From assembly GCF_001194135.2 (NCBI RefSeq), contig NC_068981.1, positions 87,005,548-87,069,547 of the forward strand: a DNA stretch of 64,000 nt, given 5' to 3'. Positions 39,826 to 52,118 of this stretch are shown in pieces. The stretch is from Octopus bimaculoides (taxonomy: Eukaryota). The notes beneath the pieces are model-generated. The model was not told the DNA's origin. It was given only the letters and a program-made list of their open reading frames with translations, and made no database searches. The stretch's first letter is position 1; the number at the start of each line of letters is the position of its first letter. The position numbers and the translations under genes were made by a program.

Positions 39826-41471
39826 AACGTCTCTGTGAAGTTAATACGTGGTGGTTTTCAATAGTTTTTGTGCTGCTTTGCAGCGGTTTGGGTGTTTGCG
39901 TGTGTAATTTGTTTGAGCTTTTCTCGTAAGAGAAGAGACAGCTGATTGAAGAATGTCTGGAGACAGTTATAGTTACTCAGACATGCCATCGTCCGAGGAG
40001 GAGTTGCTGGAGGCAGTTAAGACAATGGACCAGAAACTGATAAAAGAGAAGCGGAATTTTGCTGATGTATCAAGGTGCAAGGAAACAGGAGTGGATATTA
40101 GGGAATTCGGAAGACACAAAGAAGAAACGAATCGAGATGGGTTTGAAGTGAAGCTGTCGCCCTCGCAAGAGGTTAAAAACGGAATAAGGGAAAAGTCGAT
40201 AATCTATCGAACCTTTTAGATAAATAAAGGAAGAATAGACGTCGTCACAACAGAACAAATAGAAAAGGCGTTAAAGCAGATGTGGAAGGACATAATATAC
40301 CTGACTAGAGGTTCAACATTTGGAACAGTAGAAATGAGGTTTCGTAATGCAGCAGCAGCAAGGAAACATGCAGCGTCGACAATTCGGAGCGAAGAAGTGG
40401 TGCTGTTGCCCACGTATAGAGGCATGAGAGCAACAAGGATCATGGTTGAAGGAATCCCACCGGAGATTGATGTGGCCTGGGTGGCTGATACGGTCCTCTT
40501 TGGTAATGAGGACAACATAGTAGTGCTCCAAGTCAAGAAAAAAGAGTGCATCAACTGGAGAGGTCAATCACTGGAGATGGTGGTCCAATGTTCAAAAGAA
40601 ACGATGGAAAAGATTACAGAAACCATAATTATGGAAGAAACAATTATGACTGTCACGGTGGAAGGAAGAGTTCCACGCTGCTTTAAATGTGGCCTGAAGG
40701 GACACATAAGAGCAGATTGTACGTCAAAACAAAGAAAAGAGCAACCAGAAAATACGGAAGAGAAGATAGAATAGTGCCGCAGAAAGAAAAGGAAGTAGCG
40801 GAAACAGGAAAAAATAAAGGGGAAAATGTAACAGGAAAAAAACGAAAAAAGGCAAGCGAGCTAAAATGTAACCCACATTCCACACCTATCTCACTCACAC
40901 CCTCTCAGACCCACCCACTCCCTGCAAACACTAGGCCTATCCGTTCCCATCCGACACAAAAACAAAAGGCAAACACATACAAAGAAACCCAAAACCCCTC
41001 CCCCAAGTCAAAAAAGAGAAGGAGAAAGTGTAGGATTTATATGTTGCTTAGCGACGAACTGTTAAAGGATACGACGGAATGGGACATAAAGTGTATTAGA
41101 ACTGCGGGGTATGATAATGTGGAGGAACATCACTTGTGTGTAATACCAAATAAGAAGCAAGAGGAAAAAATACAAGAGTATATGGTTGGATTTTATTTTT
41201 GGGAGGTGGACTGCAGCTGGAGTTCATTCCCAGAATTTACTACGTACGATGGGTGGTTGGAGGAAACAGGTATCGATGTGTTAGAAGGTTCAGGATTTTA
41301 AAAAGTAGAAAATGAGGCCGCTCGTAAGTGGGGCGAGTGGTTCCATTTCCATTCTATCATTTTCATGTCTTCATACGTTATAACATTCATTTCTATTTTT
41401 TATACATGTTTTATGTCCCACATGTTTTGTTTGTCATCTCTATGTTAGCCCGCATGGGTAATAAAGAAACA
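39826..41471 (+). mobile_element. ORF1-only non-autonomous non-LTR retroelement (L1/Tx1-like gag, half-LINE)
   Basis: One long disrupted ORF with CFKCGLKGHIRADC knuckle; no EN/RT; 3' UTR ending gcccgcatgggt-aataaagaaa; flanked by ggtat/ggtat inside a SINE. Confidence 0.75.
39953..41301 (+). pseudogene. Gag/ORF1p-like nucleic-acid chaperone (RRM-like region + CCHC knuckle + unknown C-terminal domain)
   Basis: ORFs 39953-40219 and 40280-40774 are in the same frame separated by one TAG; ORF 40687-41301 continues after an apparent frameshift near 40760; about 450 codons in total. Confidence 0.72.
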
Positions 41472-41845
41472 GGTATTTCGTCTACCATTACGTTCTGAGT
41501 TCAAATTCCGCCAAGGTCGACTTTGCTTTTCATCCTTTCAGGGTCGATAAATTAAGTACCAATTACGCACTGGGGTCGATGTAATCGACTTAATCCCTTT
41601 GTCTGTCCTTGTTTGCCCCCTCTATGTTTATCCCCTTGTGGGGAAATAAAGAACTAAGAATCGTTAGCACGCTGGTGATATGTTTAGCGGTATTTCGTCT
41701 GTCTTTATGTTCTCAGTCGACTTTGCCTTTCATCCTTTCGTAGTCGATAAATCAAGTACCAGTTGAGTACTGTGGTCGATGTGATCGACTGTTCCCCTCC
41801 CCACAAAATCCAGGCCTTGTGCCTATAGTAAAAGGGAGTATTATT
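41472..41845 (+). mobile_element. Remainders of two nested family A SINEs
   Basis: 41472-41656 is a SINE body with the AATAAAGAA tail; 41657-41845 is the body of the outer SINE whose head ggcggcgtgct lies at 39798-39808. Confidence 0.75.
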
Positions 41846-41856
41846 TTTATCATTAA

Positions 41857-42066
41857 GACAGCGAGCTGGCAGAACCGTTGGCGCGCTAGACGAAATGATT
41901 ATCGGTGTTTCGCCCATCGCTACGTTTTGAGTTGAAATTCCGCCGAGGTCGACTTTCACTTTCATTCTTTCGGGTTGATAAATTAAGTACCAGTTGCGTA
42001 CTAGGGTCGATGTAATCGTCTGGGTCCCACCCCAAGACTTCAGGCCTTGTACCTATAGTAGAAAAG
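41857..42066 (+). mobile_element. SINE family A
   Basis: gcgagctggcagaaccgtt head; caggccttgtacctatagtagaaa tail. Confidence 0.85.
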
Positions 42067-42354
42067 TTTATTATTATTGTTGTTGTTCTTGTTCTTGTTG
42101 TTCTTGTTATTCTGAAAGACTCTTTGATAGTTCTTAATTACCGGTTATTCTTTACTTGAAACCAGGCAATAACAAATCACCAAAGGTTTCAAGTAGTGCA
42201 TTCTCCTGTGACTCAAATAGACCATAATCTCCTTAGATTGCGAGCTGTACCCAACAATGTTGCCTTCTGGATCATCTCATTTCGTCTTTAATCCTCTTGA
42301 CATACCAAGCCAGGCTATTCTCCTTTTTCCTTACACAACTATTAGTACACAATT

Positions 42355-42760
<406 letters not shown>

Positions 42761-42761
42761 A

Positions 42762-42972
42762 GGTGGTGAGCTGGCAAAATCGTTAGCACGCCGGGCGATA
42801 TAATTAGAGGCATTTCGTCCCTAGCTACGTTCTGAGTTCAAATTCCGCCGAGGTCGACTTTGCCGTTCATCCTTTCGAGGTTGATTCAATAAGTACCAGT
42901 TACGCACTGGGGTCGAAGTAATCGACTTACCCCCTACTCGCAAATTTCAGGCCTTGTGCCTATAATAGAAGG
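42762..42972 (+). mobile_element. SINE family A, well preserved
   Basis: ggtggtgagctggcaaaatcgttagcacgccgggcg..gagttcaaattccgccgaggtcgactttgcc..caggccttgtgcctataatagaa. Confidence 0.88.
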
Positions 42973-42997
42973 TAATATTATTATTATTATTATTATT

Positions 42998-43030
<33 letters not shown>

Positions 43031-44644
43031 ATTATTCTATTCATGACCATCTGTGTGCAGGAAATCTGGGACCACATTACCCAATGTGTCTCATTATTAG
43101 AAGGAACAATGGAGTTCTGAAGGAGAATTGGTTGCTATCTTTTGCATGTCAAGTGACTATGTAGAGGCTCTCTCGTTGCTTTGTAACTCAAACAGGGTTA
43201 CAGCTTGGCGAACGGTCATAAATATTAAACCTCATATTTTGTTTATTACGATGTCTATGACTTGTCATTAAAATACTACTAAAATATAAATATAAACATA
43301 TATAATTACATTTTGATGTCATTCGTTAATAATACTGCTCTACTAACTCATACAATCGGCTTTTTTCTTTTTCTGTTTTTTTTTTTACAATTTATTTTTA
43401 CAGTTGTCAGTAGCATAGAGAAGAAGCATGTTTATAAGGGAGCGTAGTCTGCCATTAGATTTGCCAAATAATAGCAGCTAACTCAGTGTCATAATTGTGA
43501 GTTGTAACACTGAAATACTCGTTTTCATTTACTTTTATATAGCTTTCTGGCTCAGACCTATAGTAGTATATGAACTCAGTACTGCATAGCAATGAAACGC
43601 TCGTAAAATATACAGTGCTATTTATTGACGACACTAAATCTTATCTACTCGTGGTAATTGTACACAACTATAGCAGGGAATGAGCTAGTTGATATTTCAG
43701 TTTTTTTTACTTTTAAAAACAACTCTTTCGTTTGGCACAAGTGTGACCGTCTTCCTTTCGCTGTTCACTTGTATAGATGTCTTGCAAACAACTGGCACAT
43801 GCAAGTGCTACCAGTCGAGAACTCCGCATACCGAAAGCCAGCAAGTGTATGGGGTCATCAGGAGAGAATGCGCGCCGTTTCGGGGCCTACCTCTCGACGG
43901 CATCAATGCGCACCGGCCCCCCCTCACTGATATGAGGCCCCGCTTGCTAGATCAACTGGTTATTAGAAACAAAGCTCAATATTTCTCTAGCCATCGCTCA
44001 TCGTCTCTTTTTAACCAAATCCAGTGGCTAGCCTTCTCCACTGTATTTTGGATATCGGTCATGGTGGTTTTTACCTTACGATGAGTTAGGCCTAACGATN
44101 NNNNNNNNNNNNNNNNNNNNNNNNNNNNNNNNNNNNNNNNNNNNNNNNNNNNNNNNNNNNNNNNNNNNNNNNNNNNNNNNNNNNNNNNNNNNNNNNNNNN
44201 NNNNNNNNNNNNNNNNNNNNNNNNNNNNNNNNNNNNNNNNNNNNNNNNNNNNNNNNNNNNNNNNNNNNNNNNNNNNNNNNNNNNNNNNNNNNNNNNNNNN
44301 NNNNNNNNNNNNNNNNNNNNNNNNNNNNNNNNNNNNNNNNNNNNNNNNNNNNNNNNNNNNNNNNNNNNNNNNNNNNNNNNNNNNGGAAAACGGCTGAACG
44401 GATTTCCACCACATTTTTCAGAAATACTCATTTGATGAGTTGTTCGAAATGATGAACATTTGACTTGATTATCTTTCAAAAAAAGAAAAAAGATTTTTTA
44501 ATCGAATTTACAAATTTCCCGATAAGCAAGTGGTATATTATTTTGTTCCCTTTCTTTTTTATAAGGATCGCCCCGCGTCTACGTCTGTATAGATTATGGT
44601 GTACCTATACGAAACAGACACGCGTGCGTACGTACATACATACA

Positions 44645-44675
<31 letters not shown>

Positions 44676-44678
44676 GCG

Positions 44679-44721
<43 letters not shown>

Positions 44722-46104
44722 GGAGTATAAATACCTATAATGGTGATATTAAAAAAAAATTCATTTCAGTTAAAAACCATGAGTAAGCAACGCGTTGTAA
44801 GCCACACTATAATTTGCGAAAACATTTATCTGCGTTGCAAGGTATGCATCTCCCCTTCGTTGCCTTTTCTTTTTCCTTTCATTCTTTCATAAGTCAATGT
44901 TGTAGACTAGGTGTTTCTGATGAGTTAAATCTGTAATCTATTTGGAAATACCTTTACTCTACTCACGTTACAAATGATCTTGTTGCAATAATCGCACCCA
45001 TTCCTCGTAAAGATCTCTGGTTTCATTCTTTTCATATTAAAATATATTTTCTTTCGAACCGAATGACTTAATGAGAAAACGTAATCAGTATTACTATTAG
45101 AAATGTTACGTCACTGAAGAGTGGGGCGCTAGGTTTGTTTATGCCATAACGACAAACTACTTGCCATCATTGCCTTCCTTTAATATAAGGTAGATCAGTT
45201 TTTCTTGTGGCAGAATGGGAAGAAATATTTAAAACGAAAGGCGTTAACCGTCTTAACTGACTAAATGAAAATAGCAAAAGAAAAAAAAATCATTGTTAAT
45301 AAGTAATGATTATAGCGTTCTATTTTCGAATTATTGAGTTTTGCCAGTTCTGATTTGGATAGTGTTTGATTATTAATAATGAATTTCACGAGTATTCTGA
45401 AGTTCGTAAAATGTTCCGGATTTACAGTTCTTTCAAGGGAAGGATAATTCGATAGTGCACCGGCAGAATAATATGTATTGAGTCATTCGATCACTGCCTA
45501 AATTACGACAATTCGTCACACAGCCACGTAATACTCAACGAGTCAAACCTCCCGGATCCTAAAATGCTTCAAGTCAGATAACAGTTTGGATCTTCACTGG
45601 TTTTCCACCAACTATCCTTGACAGCTAAGAAAGCGAGTGAAATAATTCTTACTAGCGGGACCCATGAATATTTCACGGAATTAACGGTAAACTTATTGGT
45701 TTATTTCTGAAAAATTTATCCAAAAACCTGAAAGTGTAGCCTGTGTTGTATCTGTATGGAAAGATAGTCTCTCATCTACTACTCATTGAAAAATGAAAGA
45801 AATTGGAATACGATGATTGCTGAATGCACTTTATATATACACTTTATATACTTTATGCACAATTTTATAGAATTAATACACAGCACTCATAAAATAAATA
45901 CTCTTATTTTTCCATTTTTCTATTAACAAAAAATAATCCCGTACATATGTAAGAACCTTTAGTAAAATTGCATATATCTGTCACGTAAATAAGAGTGAAT
46001 ATTTCACGGAATTGTAATTATGTGCCTGCAATTAAGTGATAGGAGGTATAAAAAAAAACTTAGTTCAATTTTAAAAAATACACTTTTCACAATCCAATCA
46101 CCAC

Positions 46105-46610
46105 CGCAGCCATCACCACTACCACCACCACCACCTCTACCATCATTATCTCTCACCACTCTCTCTCCCTCCTCTCTCCCCCTCTCTCTCCCTCTCTCTC
46201 CCCCTCTCTCTCTCCCTCCTCTCTCTCCCTCTTCTGTCTCTCCAATCTCTCTCTGCCTTTCTTTAACCTCACCATGAGAACATCACTCCTTTGCTAAAAT
46301 TATATTTTTAACTCTCCTCCTCTATATCATCACTACCTTCAGCTAACGTCTTTTTTAACCATTTAATAAATAATACATTCCCTCACCTCACATCATGAAC
46401 GCTTATCTCTCCCTTTTTTCTCTTTCTGTCTTTCTCTCTCTCCCTCTTTTTCTTTCTCCCTCTTTCTGTCTCACTCTTCACCTTATCCTCTTTTTCTCTC
46501 ACCATTTTTCTTTCTCCTCTCTCTCCCTTACAACCATCACGTGAAAACGTTACAATTACATTCCCTCTACCTCACGCCATGGACGCTTCTCTCTCCCTCT
46601 TTTCTTTAAT
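46105..46610. repeat. Polypyrimidine (CT-rich) low-complexity tract with an internal duplication
   Basis: tacattccctc..cctcac..catg.acgctt.tctctccct occurs at ~46374 and ~46557. Confidence 0.8.
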
Positions 46611-46699
46611 CAGTGAAAGCGTTACTGACGGGCTAAGTAACGGAATGACAAGCAGAATTATTATAAGATCTTTCTATAAATACTACAGTGTCACCCATC

Positions 46700-47700
46700 C
46701 ACAAGAAAAGCAATCATTTTGATTCTTCCTAACTGTCGACCTATTGATGTCTGATGCAGCATTTCATAGGCAATGCAAACAGCAGTTTTCAGGCACCGTT
46801 TGTAATACCTTGATTCTCCTCTCTCCTCACTGTATCCAGTACGGTATAAACTAACTACCCAATCAGACAGTCATCTCTTGAATGACTTCTCGTAAAATTA
46901 GTGTAGATGGTGTCCTTTTTGACGCAGATCCCATCAAATTGCATCAAATCCAAACGATTGGTTGCTGTACCTAATCACTTCCTCTTGTACATTAACAACG
47001 TACTTTTTGTCATCTATACCAATGCTCAGTTCTCTATTATGCAGATGTTGTCACTCTTTACTCGACTTTAACCGTCCACGCAATGGCGTCATCTACTTGA
47101 AACCTTGACACTTGACATCAACCTAAACTGTTTCCATCAGCAGAGACGTCAAAAACGTTTTCAAACAAACATTAAAATTTCCTCCTTCAACAATGCACGA
47201 CGCAAAGACACTTTCCTTACACACATCAAGGAAATAATCGTATTTCTATTCATAAACTACATGCAGTTCGAACATGTCAGCTCGGAACAACTGCCGAATC
47301 TTAACAGTTGTGATCAACCATAATGTGCAACTCCCATATCTAAGACTTTTTATCCAGATGAAAGCGATCCATCTACTGAATAATGATCCTATTACCAACA
47401 TTTTCAATCCCACAGATGCAGCGTTTTCATTACTGTGTCTCATACCCACCTACGCGACAAAGATTTCTGCTCATCAGAGCCAGTTGGTTGCATACCAATA
47501 CTAACCGCTTCCAGCCAAGCCTTCTGATGCAGCCACTCCTCACTTTCCCTCAACCTCTTTCTAGTACCAATTCTTTGTCTTCCCTTTCAACCACAATACT
47601 AAACACATATCAACTCTCTGGAACCCTCTACTCGCTCACTTTTTTCCAACAGTCGCTGAGTCATTGCTGTTTAATCTGACCACTGTCGTAAGGTTTTTAA
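46700..47700 (+). mobile_element. CR1/Jockey-like LINE RT and 3' relic
   Basis: HFLLYINNV..YYADVVTL (LFLLYIND..YADD-like) at ~46975-47055; ctctggaaccctct (LWNxLP-like) at ~47616. Confidence 0.55.
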
Positions 47701-48322
47701 GGGTTACAGGAAAATTTCTTCCTCCTAACAAAGACCAGTGAAAAAGAAAACTTTGCAGTGAAATAGAAAACTATTTAGTTGTATCTAAAGCACAAAGAGG
47801 TAGCGAATAACCACATTGTTCCATATCTTTCCTCCAATTATTGAATATGGTGAAGTCTTCTGTTGGCACCAGCATCTCATTGAGACATGTTGATATTTGT
47901 TATATGATTCTATAAGAATGTTAATGGTTTACTTGTCTCATTTGCTGTGTACTTGTATGAGTTCCTGCCGACTGGTCTTCAGTTGGAAAATTAGATGGGA
48001 AAGCAACAAATGGATATATAATTAGAGTAGAAGTTTACAACAAAGGAATCCGTAGAGATGAAATATTGAAGAATGGTAGTGTTGACATTATTCATAAATC
48101 TTATTGGAACGAATTGTAAGTACTTTCATATGTTGTTTTCATGTGCTTAAAGGTGAAGCTGCTTAAACATGAACAATTCAGAATAGACCATAATTCAGTT
48201 AAGTTTATAATAGATGCGACTGTGAAAAATTTCTCATTTGCATAGAAACCATATTTCGTTAATATACGAAACGAGCTTTGGTAAATATTGTCTACTTTCT
48301 ATTAAAGATACATGTGTCTTCA

Positions 48323-48542
48323 ATTTCTTTATTGCCCACAAGGAGCTAAACATAGAGGGGACAAACAAAGGGGTTAAATCGATTACATCGACCCCAGTGC
48401 GTAACTAGTACTTAATTTATCGACCCCGAAAGGATGAAAGGCAAAGTCGACCTCGGTGGAATTTGAACTCAGAACGTAACGGCAGACGAAATACCGCTAA
48501 GCATTTCACCCGGCACGCTAACGTTTCTGCCAGCTCACCGCC
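48323..48542 (-). mobile_element. SINE family A, full length, with LINE-like AATAAAGAA tail
   Basis: Minus strand: ggcggtgagctggcagaaacg..ttgtttgtcccctctatgtttagctccttgtgggcaataaagaaa. Confidence 0.88.
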
Positions 48543-49939
48543 TTTGTTTCTTCGTTTCTCGCCTGAAATTTCTATGCTTACCATCTCCTGACTAACATCC
48601 AAGCTAAAAGAAGAACGCACTGTTCGTCGAAAGAAAACAAAAACCTGGTGATATTTCTTACCAGCTCTCGAAGAAAGGGGAAAATAATTTCATGAAATTA
48701 AGAGTTAATTCCATAAAACAATTTAACCTTCATGTTCGGTGTATGTGAACAGGGAATATGATAGCTGAGTATATGTTTTGGTTGTATTAGATCTAATCAG
48801 TTGATGAGGCCTAATAAGGTTAAAATATGTCCGTAGCTGCCTCCTTGCCTACAGACAAAAATCAGATTTTATTCCCTAGCACAAAAATTCAATTTTTTTG
48901 GAAGTCACCGATAATTATAAGTGGGATTTTGTTTCTTCCTACTAAAAAGTTATTTAGAATTCTTTGCATGTGTCAGTCAGTACATTATCATCTGCTTGAA
49001 TTATCTAAATTCATGTCATCGGCCATTTGAGTTGTTTTCTTAACACATTCTTTGTAAGTGTAAAGTTTATCATTCATGTAGCAGATCTCCGAGAAGCAGC
49101 AACAGAGCCATTATGTGATCTGCTCATCAGCTGGAATATAGCAGCTAAATTTCCCACAGGCTAAATCTCACTTAACATCTTAAATAAGGAAACGCACATC
49201 GTATAATGCAGTCCTGGTTACATAGTTTGAAAACTAGATGTCATGATCAAAACAGATGAACAGACATCTTGATCGTAGGTCTGCTTGATCAGAGCCAACC
49301 TTAGGCTAAGCAACAGCAAGAAAGATTAAGAGTTACTCAATCGAAAAGGTTAATCGTTTTACTTTCTTCCCCTCTCATCCGTAAATTTACTAGTTAAACA
49401 CAATTAATTTCACTTCTTCTATTCGAAAGAATCTTATTCAAAGAATTTAAGACTACAATCATCTTACCCAGATTTCTTATTCTCCTCACACAAATTTAGT
49501 ACATAAACCGAAATCTCTATAATTTTAATGCTTCTATGAATCAGTCATTTCCTCCGTGTAAATCTTTACCAGAGCCTTCGGCTCAATCATTACACACTAC
49601 AATCCTCCTTTATTTGACCTGTTGTATCAATCTCCCTGTTTATCGTTTCTTACCACACATTGTCTTTTATCCCTAACTTCACAGTAGGGAAGAAGCCCTT
49701 TATCTCACATGCGCTCCCATATTATAATCCCTGCTTTCTTTTGCATTCCAATATAAATTCCATATTTTTTAAGCTCAGTACTAACTACCAAGTTGAGTCA
49801 AACATTTTTTCGTATTTCAATCTTTAATTATTCAAACGAATTGCATACAAAATGTATTTATTCTTCAAAATATATCGCATCATATTCTATTGTCTGTTGT
49901 CCACGTTGTGCCAGAAACTCACCTCCATGCTCATACCAT

Positions 49940-50620
49940 TTGACTGGTTTAGAAGTGAAATCTCCCTGCAACCGTTTTCAATCTCATGCTCGTTATCTAA
50001 CGTCTGTACGCGCAGGAAATGATCCGTAGTTCATAATCTGATGGTGCATGGTCTGGACTGTAGCCAAGGTGAGGCAGTACTTCCAGCCTCTCATGTTCCT
50101 CGAGTTTATTCCTAGTTACACTGCCAGCGTGTGCTGAAGCATTGCTAAGTTGTAGGAATGCGCGTCTTCGATTGACCAATTCTGGATAGCGGGCTTTCAA
50201 AGCAGCATATACTCGCTGTAGTTATTGAGTATAAAGGCATGACCATCTGAGACAAGCTCAAAGTGCACCATCCTCTCGAAATTCTACCAAACACATAACG
50301 TGACCTGTTCAAGCCACCCTTATTTGACAATAGGCTCTGAAGCCTAACCGGAACAAAGCAACTGATTTCTCTTAGCATTCCAAAAATAAATCCATTTTTC
50401 ATCCCCAGTTACAACTGGACGTTAAAAATGGGTGTCTCGGGAGATTTGCCAGCAGTTGTTTGCATAAGCCTAGTCATTGGTCAATTCAGGGGGAGCTTCT
50501 CAACAGCGTCCTTTCACAAAGTCGAGCTTATCGAAGTGACGATTGATGGTGCTTTGTGAAGGATCAAGTTCTGCGACAATGTACAAGTGCTTGTGTTTGT
50601 CTGTTGTTCAACCATTTCAA
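49940..50620 (-). mobile_element. Degenerate mariner transposase fragment
   Basis: Minus strand STINRHFDKL, VVTGDEKWIYF, EVLPHLGYSPDHAPSDY. Confidence 0.82.
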
Positions 50621-51718
50621 GTAAGGTCTCATAATAATTATTTCTAGTTTTTAGATACAAGTCCAGCAGCTCGGATTGGAGGAGTTATTCATATTTGACT
50701 TGTATTTTTGTTTATCAATACCAGAAGGATGAAAAGGAAAGATGATCTCTGTACGATTTGAACTCAACACATTAAACGCCGGAAAGCATATTGCAAGGTA
50801 TATTCTCCGGCTACAAGCCACCTCGTCCCCTATTTCACTTTTATAATTATTTGTAGTCTTGAATCTGGACCAGAACATAAAGTACTGGAATAAATTTCGC
50901 AAGGCACTCTAACAATTCTGTCAATTCATAGTCCCGGTAAGCTACTATATTTATCGATCCTGACAGGATGAAAGACAAAGTTGATACACAGAGCGCCGAA
51001 GTAAGTGCTGTAAGAACTCTATTTGGTAAGCAAATGAATCTGTCAACTCACCGCCTTTAAAAAAGATTTGCCTTATTAAATTTACGTCGTTAAATACCTA
51101 AAAATTCTTTATAATACATACAGCCATCAAAACATAATCATTAAAATACATAACGGTTGAAAGCATAGTCACTGAAAACGAATTGTTCGAAAGACAAATT
51201 GATCGGACGCATTAGTCGAAAACAAATTGAAGGAAAGACATATTCGTTGTAAAATATATAAAAAAAAAAAAAACAGTATAAATATTTTGTAAAGAACTTA
51301 TTACAATTTCAAAATGACGACAGTAATTTATAAAACGAAATATATTTTTCAATTTATTTTCAAGCTCTCTGGGGTTTGATTCAAAAGAAAATAAGTGTTT
51401 TCAAGGACGAGAACTCACTTATATACAAGATTGCATGTAACCAGTGCTTTATTATTATTATTATGCAATCGGTTTACCCCCATTCCCAAAATGAATGCAA
51501 ATTTGATGTTGAGAGCGTTCATGATAACGGTTAACAAGCGAATGCAATTATTAAAACAGCTAGTGTATATATAACCTCCTAGAACGATATTTTGGCAGCT
51601 CTTAATCTTATAATGAGACAAAATTATAATTGTATTTGATTATAATCTTGATGCACAACATCGTATTTATTGAGTTAACATTTCATTACAAATAAATTTA
51701 ATGTAAAGATATGAAGCA

Positions 51719-52118
51719 GGCGCAAGCTTGGCTGTATGCTTAAGAAGGTGCAGGCACGGCTGTGTGATTAAGGAGTTCTCTTCACAACTACGTGGTTTCG
51801 AGTTCAATTCCAGCGCACGACACTTTCAGCAAGTTAGTTCTTCTATAACTTCCAGTCGACCAATGCTTTGCGAGTGAATTCGATAGACAAAGCCTGTCGT
51901 ATACATATTTTTTTGTGTACGTATTTTGTTTGTTCCTCCAGTGCTTGGCAACCAGAATTGATTTGTTTACGTCCCTGTAATTTAACGGTTCAGTAAAGAA
52001 TAAAATAGAATATGTACAAGACTTTAAAAGCTCTAGGGTCGATTTGTTCAACTAAACTCTTCAATGCAGTGCCCCAACATGGCCGCAGTCCAATGACTGA
52101 AACAAATAAAACAATAAA
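51719..52118 (+). mobile_element. SINE family B, degenerate
   Basis: ggcacggctgtgtgattaag head, gagttcaattcc B-box, catggccgcagtccaatgactgaaacaaataaaac tail. Confidence 0.72.

Noticed and set aside
43850-43950. Minus-strand GAAAC and CTGATGA with a 7-bp ggggcct/aggcccc stem, suggesting a third hammerhead (or HDV-like fold on +)
   Set aside because: No CUGANGA precedes the stem (ctagcaagc instead), stem III has no NUH, and the downstream CTGATGA has no pairing stems; HDV P3/P1 order also does not fit.
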